In this document: positions 36,889 through 49,741 of the stretch, one piece after another
Position numbering within the stretch: position 1 is the stretch's first letter
Layout of the letters: every line of letters begins with the position of its first letter
IMG/VR virus record: IMGVR_UViG_3300024346_009227
Location: 52,975 to 116,974 of that record
Direction: 5' to 3' (one strand)
Length of the DNA: 64,000 bases
Source of the DNA: a virus
Notes under the pieces: generated by a model
Databases searched by the model: none
Told to the model about the DNA's origin: nothing
What the model saw: only the letters and a program-made list of their open reading frames with translations
Made by a program: the position numbers and the translations under genes

Positions 36889-39173
36889 TATAAACCTCCA
36901 AAGTTGTTAGCTAAGAAAACATTGCTTGCTGCTGATGGGGCGGTTGACCAAGACAATACGCCAGAACCACTAGTGATTATTACTCCACCATTAGCACCAT
37001 CTGTTGTTGGCAAAGTCCATATTACACTATTTGCTATATTGTCGCCAGCTTTGAATCCTACATAAGTTGTTCCATTTGCTGCCAGTTCATAAAATCTTAA
37101 TTCGCTTGTGTTGCCAGCAGAAGTATTAAAAGGAGTTAAATTTAAAGATCTTGCTAAATATAGTGCGTAGTTAGTATCTACATAAAGAAGATTAGTTCCA
37201 CCAAAGTTTTGTACTGTAAATAAATTTGCTGATGGAGAAGAAGATCCTTGGATAGCTATGCCAACTCCAGTCGAAACCTTTACTGTTGTGCCATCAAAAG
37301 TAAAGCTGGAAGATCCAGCAGCAGCATTGCTTCCATCTTTATAAACAACTTGATTTGCAGATCCAGCCACTGGGCCAGTTAAACCTTGGTTTCCTTGATT
37401 TCCTTGTGAGCCTTGATTTCCTGTTCCAGTTAAACCTTGGTTTCCTTGATTTCCTTGTGAGCCTTGATTTCCTGTTCCAGTTACTCCTTGGAAACCTTGG
37501 TTTCCTTGTCCTTGAAATCCTTGATCGCCCTGATGACCTTGAAAACCTTGTCTGCCTTGAAAACCCTGTTCTCCTTGCCACCCTTGATCGCCCTGATGAC
37601 CTTGAAAACCCTGTCTTCCTTGAAATCCTTGATCTCCTTGTGAGCCTTGATTGCCTTGATGGCCTTGAAATCCTTGTGTACCTGTTCCAGTTGAACCTTG
37701 TAAACCTTGCGATCCCTGTGAGCCATAACCTTGTGCTCCTTGTTGACCCTGCTGGCCTTGCTCACCTTGCAAACCATAGCCTTGAGCACCCTGTTCACCT
37801 TGTGATCCTTGTGAACCATAACCCTGCAATCCTTGTAAGCCTTGTAATCCCTGCGAACCAACTTGGCCTTGGCTACCTTGAAAACCTTGTTGACCCACTG
37901 AACCTTGTGACCCTTGAAATCCTTGCAATCCTCTTGATCCTTGTGCTCCTATTGCTCCCTGATCCCCCTGCTCTCCTGATCCTGATGGCATTGGAGTTGT
38001 AATTACACATGAACACTCTCCAGTATCGCCCTTAATACCTTGTCTACCTTGATTGCCTTCAAACCCTTGCCTTCCTTGACTTCCTTGAAAACCATCATAT
38101 CCTTGATAACCTTGAAAGCCTTGAACACCCTGATTTCCTTGTTCTCCTTGATATCCTCTTGCCCCAGTTAAACCTTGTTGACCTTGTTCGCCCTGATCTC
38201 CTTGTGGCCCTCTAATCTGCCCAATATTTTTCCAATAGATCGGAGAAATGTCAGTATGTATTAAACCATCGCCAATAGCAGCAACTCGACCACTTGGATC
38301 AGGACATGGATATGTTGCAGTGCCTTGACTTACATCTGTTAATACCCAAACATCATGCAAGATGGCCCCAACAGTTTCATCGTTGAATACATTTTGCCAA
38401 CTGTCAGAACCTATGATTACAGAACCATATCCTACATCACCTTGATAACCTTGATCTCCCTGATTTCCTTGATACCCCTGATTTCCGCTATAACCTTGTT
38501 CGCCTTGTTCACCTAATCCTTGATAGCCTTGATCGCCCTGTTCTCCTTTATTTCCTTGATCTCCCTGACTACCATTTGATCCTTGGCTACCTTGATTTCC
38601 AGTAGTTCCAACAACGCCTTGATGCCCTTGAAATCCTTGTGATCCAAAAGTACCTTGACTTCCTTGATCACCAACATCTCCTTTTAATCCTTGAAATCCC
38701 TGATCGCCTTGATTTCCCTGATCTCCTTGGTAGCCTTGATTGCCCTGATTCCCTTGATCTCCATAAACACCTTGATTTCCTTGATCTCCCTGATCTCCAT
38801 AAACACCTTGATTCCCTTGTCTTCCTTGATTGCCTTGATCGCCCTGATAACCTTGATCTCCTTGATATCCCTGATCACCTTGCGAGCCTTCATCTCCTTG
38901 ACTTCCTTGTTGACCTTGTGATCCTTGGTCACCTTGATCTCCTTGATTTCCTTGGTCGCCTTGGTGTCCTTGTCTTCCTTGAAAACCTTGAAAACCCTGT
39001 TCTCCTTGAGTGCTTTGAAAACCTTGATTTCCTTGATTTCCTTGATCTCCTTGAGAACCTTGTGCCCCTGGAACGCCTATAGATATCCAACCAGTATTAT
39101 TGTATACCCATGACCTTTCGCCAAATGTGTATATATCACCTAATTCTGGATCGTCAGGAAAATTTATTGGCAT
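36888..39173 (-). CDS. collagen-like (Gly-X-Gln) fibre protein
   Basis: 761 aa; long (GxQ)n runs; N-terminal MPINFP..P..GD.YT...RSW module; globular C-terminus. Confidence 0.85.
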   Translation of the reverse strand: MPINFPDDPELGDIYTFGERSWVYNNTGWISIGVPGAQGSQGDQGNQGNQGFQSTQGEQGFQGFQGRQGHQGDQGNQGDQGDQGSQGQQGSQGDEGSQGDQGYQGDQGYQGDQGNQGRQGNQGVYGDQGDQGNQGVYGDQGNQGNQGYQGDQGNQGDQGFQGLKGDVGDQGSQGTFGSQGFQGHQGVVGTTGNQGSQGSNGSQGDQGNKGEQGDQGYQGLGEQGEQGYSGNQGYQGNQGDQGYQGDVGYGSVIIGSDSWQNVFNDETVGAILHDVWVLTDVSQGTATYPCPDPSGRVAAIGDGLIHTDISPIYWKNIGQIRGPQGDQGEQGQQGLTGARGYQGEQGNQGVQGFQGYQGYDGFQGSQGRQGFEGNQGRQGIKGDTGECSCVITTPMPSGSGEQGDQGAIGAQGSRGLQGFQGSQGSVGQQGFQGSQGQVGSQGLQGLQGLQGYGSQGSQGEQGAQGYGLQGEQGQQGQQGAQGYGSQGSQGLQGSTGTGTQGFQGHQGNQGSQGDQGFQGRQGFQGHQGDQGWQGEQGFQGRQGFQGHQGDQGFQGQGNQGFQGVTGTGNQGSQGNQGNQGLTGTGNQGSQGNQGNQGLTGPVAGSANQVVYKDGSNAAAGSSSFTFDGTTVKVSTGVGIAIQGSSSPSANLFTVQNFGGTNLLYVDTNYALYLARSLNLTPFNTSAGNTSELRFYELAANGTTYVGFKAGDNIANSVIWTLPTTDGANGGVIITSGSGVLSWSTAPSAASNVFLANNFGGL

Positions 39174-39183
39174 ATCGTATGTC

Positions 39184-42100
39184 CTAAGTTTTTATTATGT
39201 AGTTCAATGCCATACTTGGCTGCATATTGTTATGTGGATTATCACCACCAGTATTGTTTTTATTTTCTATAACTGGAGTAAATGTATGTGTATGGTCTAA
39301 GTTTGGAGAGTTATTAGTATAAACATCCCAACCAGCTTTTTCATTTCCTCGAACTATAAGCCTATCTAAATAACCACCACCAAGATTAGCAAATCCATTT
39401 GCCCCTGTTCCCAATCCTGCTCCAGCAGCTATTAATTGACTATGATTATGTACTTGATTATTAGACATATAGCCAGTATTACCACCATTGCTACCATATA
39501 CAATATTAGGATGACTATGTGATGGTATTTGACTAGCATTTAAAGTAATAGTTTCTGCCCCTACTGTAACAGACAATCCTCTATTTGTTAAGCCACTTCC
39601 TTGCCCAACACCAATTATTGTTCTGCCTCTTAAGTCTGGTACTCCAAATGTAGTGCCATTTCCTGCACTATATGTTGTTCCAATTACAGCAAATAATGCA
39701 GAATAAGTAACTCTAGAATAAGTGTTTGTACCATCACACAACAACCATCCAGCAGGAGCAGTGCTACCAGCGAAAGCAACTATTGATCCACTTGGAGTTG
39801 AAACTGCTGCTGGTGAACTAACCCAATTTGTTCCATCGCTTGTAAGAACATTACCAATTGTTCCAACAGATGTAAGCCCAGTTCCACCAGAGCTAACAGT
39901 TAAAGTTGCTGATAATCCACCAGCAGTAATTGCATTTTGATTTATCCAAGCTGGAGCAGCAGAACCATTTGATTTAAGTATTTGCCCACTAGTTCCAGCA
40001 GCAAGCATAGCTGTTGATCCAGAACCAGTTTGATATGAAATTTGTCCTGCTGCACCGCCAGCTAAATGTGTAGCTACTGATGATTTTCCAGTTGTGTCTT
40101 GATTAAGTATAGGTATATCAGAAGCAACTAAAGCTCTAAATGATGGAGCACCAGTAGAACCATTGGGTGATGCAAGAATAGTATTTGCTGTTTGATTAAC
40201 TAGACCTATTGTAAATCCACCAGCAGTAGTAACTGGAGAACCAGAAAGACTAAATATTGCTGGTACAGATAAGGATACAGATGTTACTGATCCGCTGGAT
40301 TGAAATCCTTGAGATCCTTGAACACCAACTAAGCCTTGATAACCCTGATAACCTTGTGAGCCATTTGTGCCACTAGAACCCTGTGATCCAGTGCCACCAG
40401 TTGCTCCTTGATATCCTTGATTTCCAGAACTTCCTTGAAGACCTTGAAGACCTTGACTTCCATTTGTTCCTTGGGAACCCTGAGAACCTTGTGCTCCAGT
40501 AGATCCAATTATTCCTTGTAATCCTTGTCTTCCCTGATAACCCTGTTCACCAACAGATCCTTGAACACCTTGATTTCCTTGTCTTCCTTGAAAGCCAATA
40601 TCTCCTTGACTTCCTTGAACACCTTGAAATCCTTGATCGCCTTGATTTCCGTAAATTCCTTGCCTACCCTGATCCCCTTGGTTTCCTTGGAATCCTTGAA
40701 CGCCTTGAATACCTTGATAGCCTTGTGGCCCTCTAATAAAACCAATATTCTGCCAATAGATAGGGGCATTGCCATTGTATATTAAACCATTTCCAATATT
40801 TGCAATACCAATAGATGGGTTTGGGCATCCTTCTGTTGCAGTTCCTTGTTCAGTGTCTGTAATTATCCAAACATCACCAACAGTAGCACCAGAGGTTTCA
40901 ACATTAAATATATTTTCCCAAGTGTCAGAACCTTTAATGCTAACACCAGATCCTGTCTGACCTTGATAACCTTGATATCCCTGATGCCCTTGAATACCTT
41001 GACTTCCTTGGTTGCCTTGTAATCCTTGAAAACCCTGATAACCTTGAAATCCTTGTTGTCCTTGATCGCCTTGAAGACCTTGATTACCTTGGTTACCTTG
41101 AAATCCTTGTCTTCCTTGTAAACCTTGTCTTCCTTGAAAACCTTGATCTCCCTGTTCGCCTTGTTCGCCTTGTGTTCCTTGTCTGCCTTGAGATCCTTGA
41201 TTGCCTTGAAAACCTTGATTGCCCCTATTTCCCTGTTCACCTTGATCACCTTGATCACCTTGTTCGCCTTGATTTCCTTGAAAGCCTTGTCTTCCTTGAA
41301 AACCTTGATATCCTTGATCGCCTTGATCGCCCTGATATCCTTGATTGCCTTGATCTCCTTGGATTCCTTGTCTACCTTGTCTTCCTTGAGATCCTTGTAA
41401 TCCAAAATATCCCTGATAACCTTGATCGCCCTGTTCACCTTTTAGTCCTAGAAATCCTTGGTTTCCTCTTAATCCCTGATTTCCTTGGTATCCTTGTTCA
41501 CCTTGTTCACCTTGTTCGCCTTGTTCTCCTTGATAACCTTGATTACCTTGATCGCCCTTAGAAACCAATAACGCCCAACCATTATTTGGTGGCGAAGAAC
41601 CTAATGACCAAGCACCAATGTTTACCAATTGATAAAATGAACCTTGGTATGTAACCGCATCATTTAAAACATATGTTGTTAATGAAGACCAAGTGCCTAT
41701 GTATGAGAATGGAACTTCACCTTGATAACCCTGATCACCTTGTGTGCCTTGATGACCTTGATATCCTTGATATCCTTGATATCCTTGGTTACCTTGATAG
41801 CCTTGCTGTCCTTGGTTCCCCTGATTTCCTTGAAGACCTTGAAAGCCTTGATAACCTTGTTCGCCTTGATGCCCTTGATATCCTTGTGTTCCTTGAAAAC
41901 CCTGATAACCTTGATCACCTTGATTGCCTTGATGTCCTTGAAAACCTTGTAATCCTTGTAAACCCTGCAATCCCTGACTTCCTTGAAAACCAGAACCTTG
42001 ATGTCCTTGTAAGCCTTGTGCCCCTATAGATCCAACAGGTTGAATCCAAATTCCAGTAACGCCATCATATATAAATATGTATATAATGCCTGTCGTTGTG

Positions 42101-45100
42101 TCTAACCACATATCACCAGCATCTGGAGATGATGGGGCAGTAGAACTAGCAGTATATATACCTCTATTTATTCCTTGGTATCCCTGATACCCTTGATATC
42201 CAGTATCACCCTTATCACCAGTTCTTGCAAAAGTGAGCAATACTTCATCATCGTTAGAAAATGTTCCACTTCCAGATAAATAAGAAATTGTAACATCAAA
42301 GAAGCTAGGCTCTTGTTCTGATGAATTGCTTATAGTATAAAGTGCAAATACTGTAGAGTCATTTTTCTTAGATAATTTAAAGTGGCCCTTCATCGTGCTT
42401 GTTGAAGCAGAGATTGTAGCTAAGAATAGAGAAAGATCTATGTTTGCATTATTTGGATTATCATCAATTATAACATGCGTAGCTGATGCAAGAGAAGCAT
42501 TGTTAAATCTTATGTAGTTATCGCCTGGATCATTGATTGAATAATTATTTGTATCTATTTTATATTCAACTGTTACACCGCCAAAACTACCAGTTGATCC
42601 CTGATATCCTTGATCGCCTTGATTGCCATAATTACCTTGATCGCCTTGTAATCCCTGATCACCTTGATTTCCATGTTCTCCTTGATTGCCTTGATCTCCT
42701 TGTAAACCTTGTTCGCCCTGCCAACCTTGATCGCCTTGATTCCCCTGATTCCCTTGTTCTCCTTGAAATCCTTGCTCGCCCTGATTTCCTTGGAAACCCT
42801 GTTCGCCTTGAAATCCTTGCTCACCTTGGAAACCTTGATCGCCTTGATTTCCTTGGAAACCTTGCTCACCCTGATTACCTTGTTCTCCTTGGAATCCTTG
42901 ATCACCCTGTGAACCTTGTTCACCCTGCCAACCTTGATTTCCCTGATCTCCTTGAAAACCTTGAAATCCCTGCTCTCCTTGATTTCCTTGGAATCCTTGT
43001 TCACCTTGAAAACCTTGATTTCCTTGACTACCTTGAAATCCTTGATCGCCCTGTTCACCTTGATTGCCTTGATAGCCTTGTTCTCCTTGATTTCCTTGAA
43101 AACCCTGTTCGCCTTGATTGCCTTGATGGCCTTGTTCTCCTTGATTTCCTTGTGGACCTTGATTGCCCTGTTGACCTTGAAATCCTTGATAGCCTTGGAT
43201 TCCTTGTAAGCCCTGATTGCCTTGAAACCCTTGAAAACCCTGTTCGCCTATTACCGGCACTACGCTGACAGTTGTTCTTGCAAACGAATAATATGCGTTT
43301 CCTTCGGTATACCATTTAAGTGAATGTGCTGTGCTATCATCATTATTTGCATAAATCTTAACGATCATACGATTAGTAGAATCTATAGTCGTTGTTGTTA
43401 AAACTAAATCCATTAAGGTTTCTACTGCATTAGTACTATCAGTCCACCCTATCATTGGAGCATTTGTTGATAATATTGGCCCTATTGGGGTTCCAGTAGA
43501 GTTTGCTAATTGTATTGTAATATAAGTTTGTATGTGGTCGTTTGAGGCTTGCTTTAGAAAGTGTTGGTGGAATAACTGAGATCCACCTGGTATAACTGAA
43601 AACCCTAATTGTGGCGTTATAAAGCTGGCAATGAGCACATCATTTGTATTTCCAGCCAATGATGTTGTCACCATCTGCTGAGATGTTGCAATTGGAGTTA
43701 TAGAAAGTTGTTTATAGCCATTTACATCAGATGCAACAGAGTAATTAAAATAATATGTCTCTCCAGTAGATTCGCCTCTATATCCCTGATTACCTTGAAA
43801 TCCTTGATTACCTTGCAAACCTTGCAATCCCTGTTCGCCTTGGTATCCTTGTTCGCCTTGATCTCCTTGATCTCCTTGATCTCCTTGATTTCCTTGTTGT
43901 CCTTGAAATCCTTGATCTCCTTGATAGCCCTGATCGCCTTGAATACCTTGTTCGCCTTGATAACCTTGAAATCCTTGATGACCTTGAATCCCCTGCTCTC
44001 CCTGCTCTCCTTGAAATCCTTGGTGACCTTGATCACCTTGATTCCCTTGGAAACCTTGGTCACCCTGATTGCCCTGATTACCCTGTGAACCTTGGTATCC
44101 TTGGTCACCTTTCTGAGCAATCAATGTCCAAAAAGTTCCTTCTGCGGGGGTATCCCCAAGATTGCCACCATTAGAATGAATGCGATACCAAGTTTGCCCT
44201 AAATAAGTTGCTATATCACCTATAGCATATGATGCACCACCACTATAAGCACCTGTGAAATTCCATAATGCATCTGATCCTTGATTACCTTGATTACCTT
44301 GCTCACCTTGGTTGCCTTGGTTGCCTTGATAACCTTGATTTCCTTGCTCACCTTGATTTCCTTGCTCACCTTGAAAACCTTGGTCACCTTGATTTCCTTG
44401 ATTTCCTTGAAAACCTTGATCACCTTGAAACCCTTGATCGCCTTGGAAACCTTGTTCACCCTGTGACCCTTGCTGACCTTGGTTTCCTTGAAAACCCTGC
44501 TCTCCTTGATCACCTTGGCTACCTTGATCTCCCTGATTTCCTTGTGAGCCTTGATATCCTTGATCGCCTTGCGAGCCAACAATACCAATAGACAGAGTAA
44601 CAAAATCTTCGTTGTTTATTACTCCATATGTACTAACTAGTGCCACATTAAATATTACATAACTTCCATCTTCAGTATCGTTTGTTGCAGTACCATCTAC
44701 GCAAGAAGTTATTTGATAAGTAACATATGTTGAAGGATTTGCTTGACTTGTTAGGGTTAAATAACCACTCTGAATACTTAAGAATAAATCATGTAGCGTA
44801 GTATTTAATCCGTATGGATTATCATCTACTTTAACTTGAGTGGCCGAAGTAAAAGGATCAGCATTAAAACTTATATAATCATTGGTAGGATCAAGATCTG
44901 TAAGAGTTGTTGTATTTACTTTGTATGTCCAAGACAATGCAGCAATTCCACGCTCGCCTTGATCTCCCTGATTTCCTTGCGAACCTTGCTCACCTTGCCA
45001 ACCTTGATAACCCTGTTCCCCTTGTGATCCTTGATTACCCTGTTCTCCTTGATTGCCTTGAAAACCTTGTTCTCCCTGATTTCCTTGATCTCCCTGATTT

Positions 45101-47877
45101 CCCTGTTCACCTTGAAATCCTTGATAACCCTGTTCGCCTTGAAAACCTTGATTTCCTTGATCTCCCTGATTACCTTGATTTCCTTGATCACCTTGAAAAC
45201 CTTGATTTCCCTGATCTCCCTGATCTCCCTGATTACCTTGAAATCCTTGGTTTCCTTGATGCCCTTGCGATCCTTGATCGCCTGTTCTAGCAAATGTAAT
45301 TATAACATCTTCACTGTTGACAAATGGAGTTGAACCACTTCCACTAACATATGAACAATCTACTTGAAAATAACCAGACAATTCACTCACATTAGAAATG
45401 GTGAATAATGCAAAAGAAGAAGAATCAAATTTTTTAGATACTCTAAAATGACCTTTAATTGTCGATGTAGAATCATCTATTGTTCTTAAAAATTCTTGAA
45501 TATCAGTAGAATTATCGTTTTGATCATCAATCAATAAATGTGTTGCATTTACAAGATTTGCTTGATCAAATTTTAATTTTCCAGAAGTTGGATCAGTATT
45601 ATCATTGTTAGAAATGAATGTGTAATCAAAAGAAGCACCACCAAAATTTCCATCATTGCCCTGATTGCCTTGATTACCTTGATTGCCTTGTATTCCTTGA
45701 GATCCTTGTAAACCTTGTAAACCTTGGAAACCCTGTTCTCCTTGGAATCCTTGATCACCTTGAAAGCCTTGGAATCCTTGATCACCTTGTTCTCCCTGAT
45801 TTCCTTGCAACCCTTGATCACCTTGGAATCCTTGATCTCCTTGATCTCCTTGAAATCCTTGATCACCTTGGAATCCTTGATCTCCTTGATCTCCTTGATC
45901 TCCTTGATTTCCTTGATCACCTTGATTTCCTTGATTTCCTTGATTCCCTTGATTCCCCTGATATCCTTGATCACCTTGGAATCCTTGAATTCCCTGATCA
46001 CCTTGCAATCCTTGATTGCCCTGATCTCCTTGAAAACCTTGTTCTCCAATTTTCCCTGCAAGACAAATTGAAAGAGTGTTATATGTTTTAAATCCTGGGC
46101 TTGAAGAATGCGTAACAACTGCAACTATATCCCCTGTTGTGGGATTATAAGAAGTTATTCGCATGTACTGTATAATATTGTCAGTCGGTGCGTATACAGA
46201 CAGTATTTGTCCAGCACCAAAAGCTAAACCTGTCGCTATAGGACTTTGATAATAATTTTCACCAACTGTTTGAAAATAATATTCGCCTGTGTTTTGTGTA
46301 GTGCAAATTAAAGGTGTTGTGCCTTGATTTCCTTGATACCCTTGATCACCTTGATTGCCTTGTAACCCCTGTTCACCTTGAAAACCTTGTTCTCCTTTTT
46401 CACCTTGTGATCCTTGATTTCCTTGTTCTCCCTGATTGCCTTGAAACCCCTGTTCGCCTTGAAATCCTTGTTCCCCCTGTTCACCTTGATATCCTTGATC
46501 ACCTTGGTTTCCTTGTGCCCCTTGTGCTCCTTGATCACCTTGATATCCTTGATTACCAGAATCCCCCTTATCTCCAGTTCTTGCAAAAGTTAAAAGTACT
46601 TCATCATTATTTGAAAATGTTCCATTTCCAGATAGATAAGAAATAACAACATCAAAAAAACTTGGTTCTTCTTCTGTTGCAGAACTAATTGAATAAAGTG
46701 CAAATACTGTCGAATCATTTTTCTTAGATAGTTTAAAGTGACCCTTCATTGTGCTTGTTGATGCGGAAATGGTATTTAAATATAAAGAAAGATCAATACT
46801 TGAGTTGTTTGGATTATCATCAATAATAACATGTGTAGCTAATGCAATATTAGAATTATTGAATCTTATAAAATTATCGCCGGGATCGTTTATTGTATAA
46901 TTAAGAGTGTCTATAAGGTATTCAACTGTGACACCACCAAAGTTTCCATTTGAACCTTGATTGCCTTGTTCACCTTGAAAACCCTGTTCGCCTTGAAATC
47001 CTTGGTTGCCTTGTTCACCTTGAAATCCTTGTTCACCCTGACCACCTTGAACTCCCTGTTCACCCTGCCATCCTTGATTTCCTTGAAAACCTTGTTCACC
47101 TTGGAAACCTTGATTGCCTTGCTCTCCTTGAAAACCTTGGTCGCCTTGATGACCTTGATCACCCTGTCTTCCCTGCCATCCTTGATCACCTTGCCAGCCC
47201 TGATCTCCTTGATGTCCTTGAAAACCTTGTCTTCCCTGCCATCCTTGTTCACCTTGCCAACCTTGATCTCCTTGATGACCTTGCCAACCTTGATCACCTT
47301 GACTTCCTTGTTGTCCTTGAAAACCTTGATCTCCTTGGTGACCTTGAAATCCTTGATTTCCTTGCCAACCCTGATCTCCTTGATGGCCTTGAAATCCTTG
47401 TCTTCCTTGATTTCCTTGATTTCCTTGAAAACCTTGTCTTCCTTGAGATCCTTGCGATCCTTGCGATCCAGTTGTTCCTTTTTCAGCAAAAATTGTCCAC
47501 CAACTATTTTCCGCAGGGGTAACTCCATCAATAGTTGATATGCAAATCCAAGACGAACCACCATATGTAACTACATCATTTACATAATATTGTGAACTAG
47601 GGTTATAGGCTCCACGAAAAGTAAGACCAACACCAATAGACCCTTGATTACCTTGGTCACCTTGATCTCCTTGAAAACCTTGTTCGCCCATTTGACCTTG
47701 ATGTCCTTGAACACCAATCATTCCTTGAATGCCCTGATTTCCTTGAGATCCTTGAGATCCAGCAATATCTTATGTGATAAAATTTTCACCATCAAAAAAA
47801 ACGGCTTGTCCAGAGGCTGGTACTCCAGAAAAGTCGTCTTGATCTTGTATTCTTGTTATGTTTCTTTGGAAGTGCAT
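39184..47877 (-). CDS. giant collagen-like (Gly-X-Gln) fibre protein with C-terminal tail collar domain; interrupted by in-frame TAA at 47770-47772
   Basis: ORF track gives 39184..47721 (2845 aa); the same frame extends upstream through one TAA to an ATG at 47877 with GGAGA RBS; C-terminal PSGSIVAFAGSTAPAGWLLCDG...VPDLRGR...NYIIK collar domain. Confidence 0.8.
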
Positions 47878-47897
47878 ATTTTATTTTCTCCAAAGAT

Positions 47898-47906
47898 AAA
47901 TACACC
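47898..47906 (-). promoter_or_regulatory. putative late promoter motif GGTGTATTT
   Basis: upstream of the RBS/ATG at 47877. Confidence 0.5.
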
Positions 47907-47911
47907 ATCTG

Positions 47912-48163
47912 TTAAGTAATGGCTGGCCACTTTTTAATAGGGCAATCTTGACCAGCCCAACTAGCTTTTGTCTTCAAATTACAACCACATTTTGTACATG
48001 TCCAATTAGGACTAGATTTATTTACTTCGGGGCATGTATCACAAATATCTAATCGTATTTTTACCTTATCTTCCGTTAATGTTGGCATTCCAGCAGCAAC
48101 ATGCTTAACAACCGCTTTTGCAAAGCTTGCAGCTTTTTCAAAAATTGTTGGTTCTTTAGCCAT
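47912..48163 (-). CDS. small Cys-rich putative zinc-binding protein
   Basis: RLDICDTCP...CTKCGC.L..KASW...CP..KW pattern; GGAG RBS. Confidence 0.7.
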   Translation of the reverse strand: MAKEPTIFEKAASFAKAVVKHVAAGMPTLTEDKVKIRLDICDTCPEVNKSSPNWTCTKCGCNLKTKASWAGQDCPIKKWPAIT

Positions 48164-48204
48164 AACGATCTCCTTTAGTGTTTCAAATCCTTTTGCAATA
48201 TAAC

Positions 48205-48233
48205 AAAAAAAACAGTCCTCGTAAAGAGGACTG
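48205..48233 (-). terminator. intrinsic terminator after major capsid gene
   Basis: CAGTCCTC-TTTAC-GAGGACTG hairpin followed by T8. Confidence 0.85.
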
Positions 48234-48258
48234 CTTTATTTTATTTAATATTTTAACA

Positions 48259-49251
48259 CTATACTGCACCAAGAAGAACCCTTCGGTTATCAAGTACAGC
48301 AAAGCCGTGTTCACCAAAACCATACATGCCCATCCTGCGTTGACGATGGAAAGTAGGATCTTCGTAAACTTCGATTTCTTGACGAACAGGATGAACAAAG
48401 CTGTCTTGTTTATCAAGGTCTAAGCCGATAACAATTTCAACTTTGCTGCCTGGCATAGATGCACCAAGAGGTCCAGCATAATACTTCTGGAATTCTTGAC
48501 CAACGCCAATTTCATCAAGATCGTGAAGGTTAACGCCAAATACCCTTGGAAGTGGAGTTTCTTCTTGAACGAAGATTTCCCTTCGGGTAAAGTCATCAAC
48601 TTCACCAATCTGCCATCCACGAATGTCTTCAAGACTTTCTGGACTGATATAAAGGTCAGTAAGCTTACCACGATTAATCGAGGTACTATTACCACCAGTA
48701 TTTCGCCTCATGGAAGTTTTGAGAAGAGCAACTAGCCTCTTGCTAAAGTAGCCAGCAGCAGCAGCATCGTCATAAATGACAAGGCCACGACCAACGCCAG
48801 CAGCAAGAATGGTTCTCCAGCCATCGCTGTTCATTTTACGAACAAAAGATGCTTCAAGAACTTGCATTGCTCGACCAATGATATCCCACCTTGCATCCCT
48901 AGCATAACGCAGGGAGAAGTCGATGGAAGCACCAACTTCATAGGTAGGAACCATTACATAGTCGCCTTCTACGCTTCGCTCAGGAATTTTACCCTGTGCA
49001 GGAATCGTATAAGCAACGAAATCTTTCTCAGTACCAGGAGCAAGAAAATCCAAAGGAAATTCTACCGAAGTACCAGGAGCAAAATTTACAGTTTCAAAAA
49101 TATTGCTAACGATATCTCCGTTAACAATACCCTGACGAAGAGGGAGGGTTAAAGCTTTGGCCAATTCAACTTGTGCAGCACAAGCAACTTCATAATTGTT
49201 GCTGCCTGACTTTTTCAACAAGTCTACCATTTCTGGAGTTGGTGTCTTCAT
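48259..49251 (-). CDS. major capsid protein (HK97-like fold)
   Basis: 330 aa; follows protease/scaffold and decoration genes; strong RBS, biased codons, downstream terminator. Confidence 0.8.
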   Translation of the reverse strand: MKTPTPEMVDLLKKSGSNNYEVACAAQVELAKALTLPLRQGIVNGDIVSNIFETVNFAPGTSVEFPLDFLAPGTEKDFVAYTIPAQGKIPERSVEGDYVMVPTYEVGASIDFSLRYARDARWDIIGRAMQVLEASFVRKMNSDGWRTILAAGVGRGLVIYDDAAAAGYFSKRLVALLKTSMRRNTGGNSTSINRGKLTDLYISPESLEDIRGWQIGEVDDFTRREIFVQEETPLPRVFGVNLHDLDEIGVGQEFQKYYAGPLGASMPGSKVEIVIGLDLDKQDSFVHPVRQEIEVYEDPTFHRQRRMGMYGFGEHGFAVLDNRRVLLGAV

Positions 49252-49276
49252 GGAACTATCTCTCCTTTTTTAAAAG

Positions 49277-49741
49277 TTATGCAGGAAGGTCAATATACAC
49301 TTTTGCGAAACCACTTTCGTCTTTTGCAGTAGCAAAAGCCCCTACTAGTGGAGTAGCAACTACACCAACAGGAGAAATTACAGTTGATAGAACACCAGTT
49401 CCAACAAGATATGCTGGAGCACCTGGTGCTGGAGTACCAGCTACCGCATCAGTTACAACATAACCTTTGCGAAGCAGTGGGGCTTTTTCGCCAACTACTT
49501 GCTCATCTTTGTGGAAATTTCGATGCTGACGAGTTTGGTCAATGCTTACAAAGCTTGCCAAAGTCAAACCAGCAACTTTATATCCAGATGGATTTACAAC
49601 TAAAGATGCAATTCCTGGAGTTTCGTTACCAACACCAGAAGCTTGAGTACCATAAACAAGAACAAGACCCTTGCTTACAACATCGTTGCAAACCAAAGAA
49701 ATGTCAGTTTCAAGTACATTACGGTCAGATTTAAGAGCCAT
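49277..49741 (-). CDS. capsid decoration/cement protein
   Basis: 154 aa, Gly/Ala/Val-rich, between scaffold and MCP; ends GFAKVYIDLPA. Confidence 0.65.
   Translation of the reverse strand: MALKSDRNVLETDISLVCNDVVSKGLVLVYGTQASGVGNETPGIASLVVNPSGYKVAGLTLASFVSIDQTRQHRNFHKDEQVVGEKAPLLRKGYVVTDAVAGTPAPGAPAYLVGTGVLSTVISPVGVVATPLVGAFATAKDESGFAKVYIDLPA

Noticed and set aside
36950-47760. Highly periodic CCTTG repeats resembling a repeat array or CRISPR
   Set aside because: They are coding Gln-Gly codon repeats; there are no constant 25-45 bp repeats with unique spacers and no cas genes
47770-47772. Genome-wide stop-codon reassignment
   Set aside because: TAA, TAG and TGA all terminate well-defined genes elsewhere, and coding density is high under the standard code
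37339-47919. Many alternative-frame and antisense ORFs (IKVIKE..., LISLIS..., LDFLDH...) over the collagen genes
   Set aside because: By-products of the 9-bp CAAGGN periodicity, which lacks stops in other frames; no RBS and low-complexity translations
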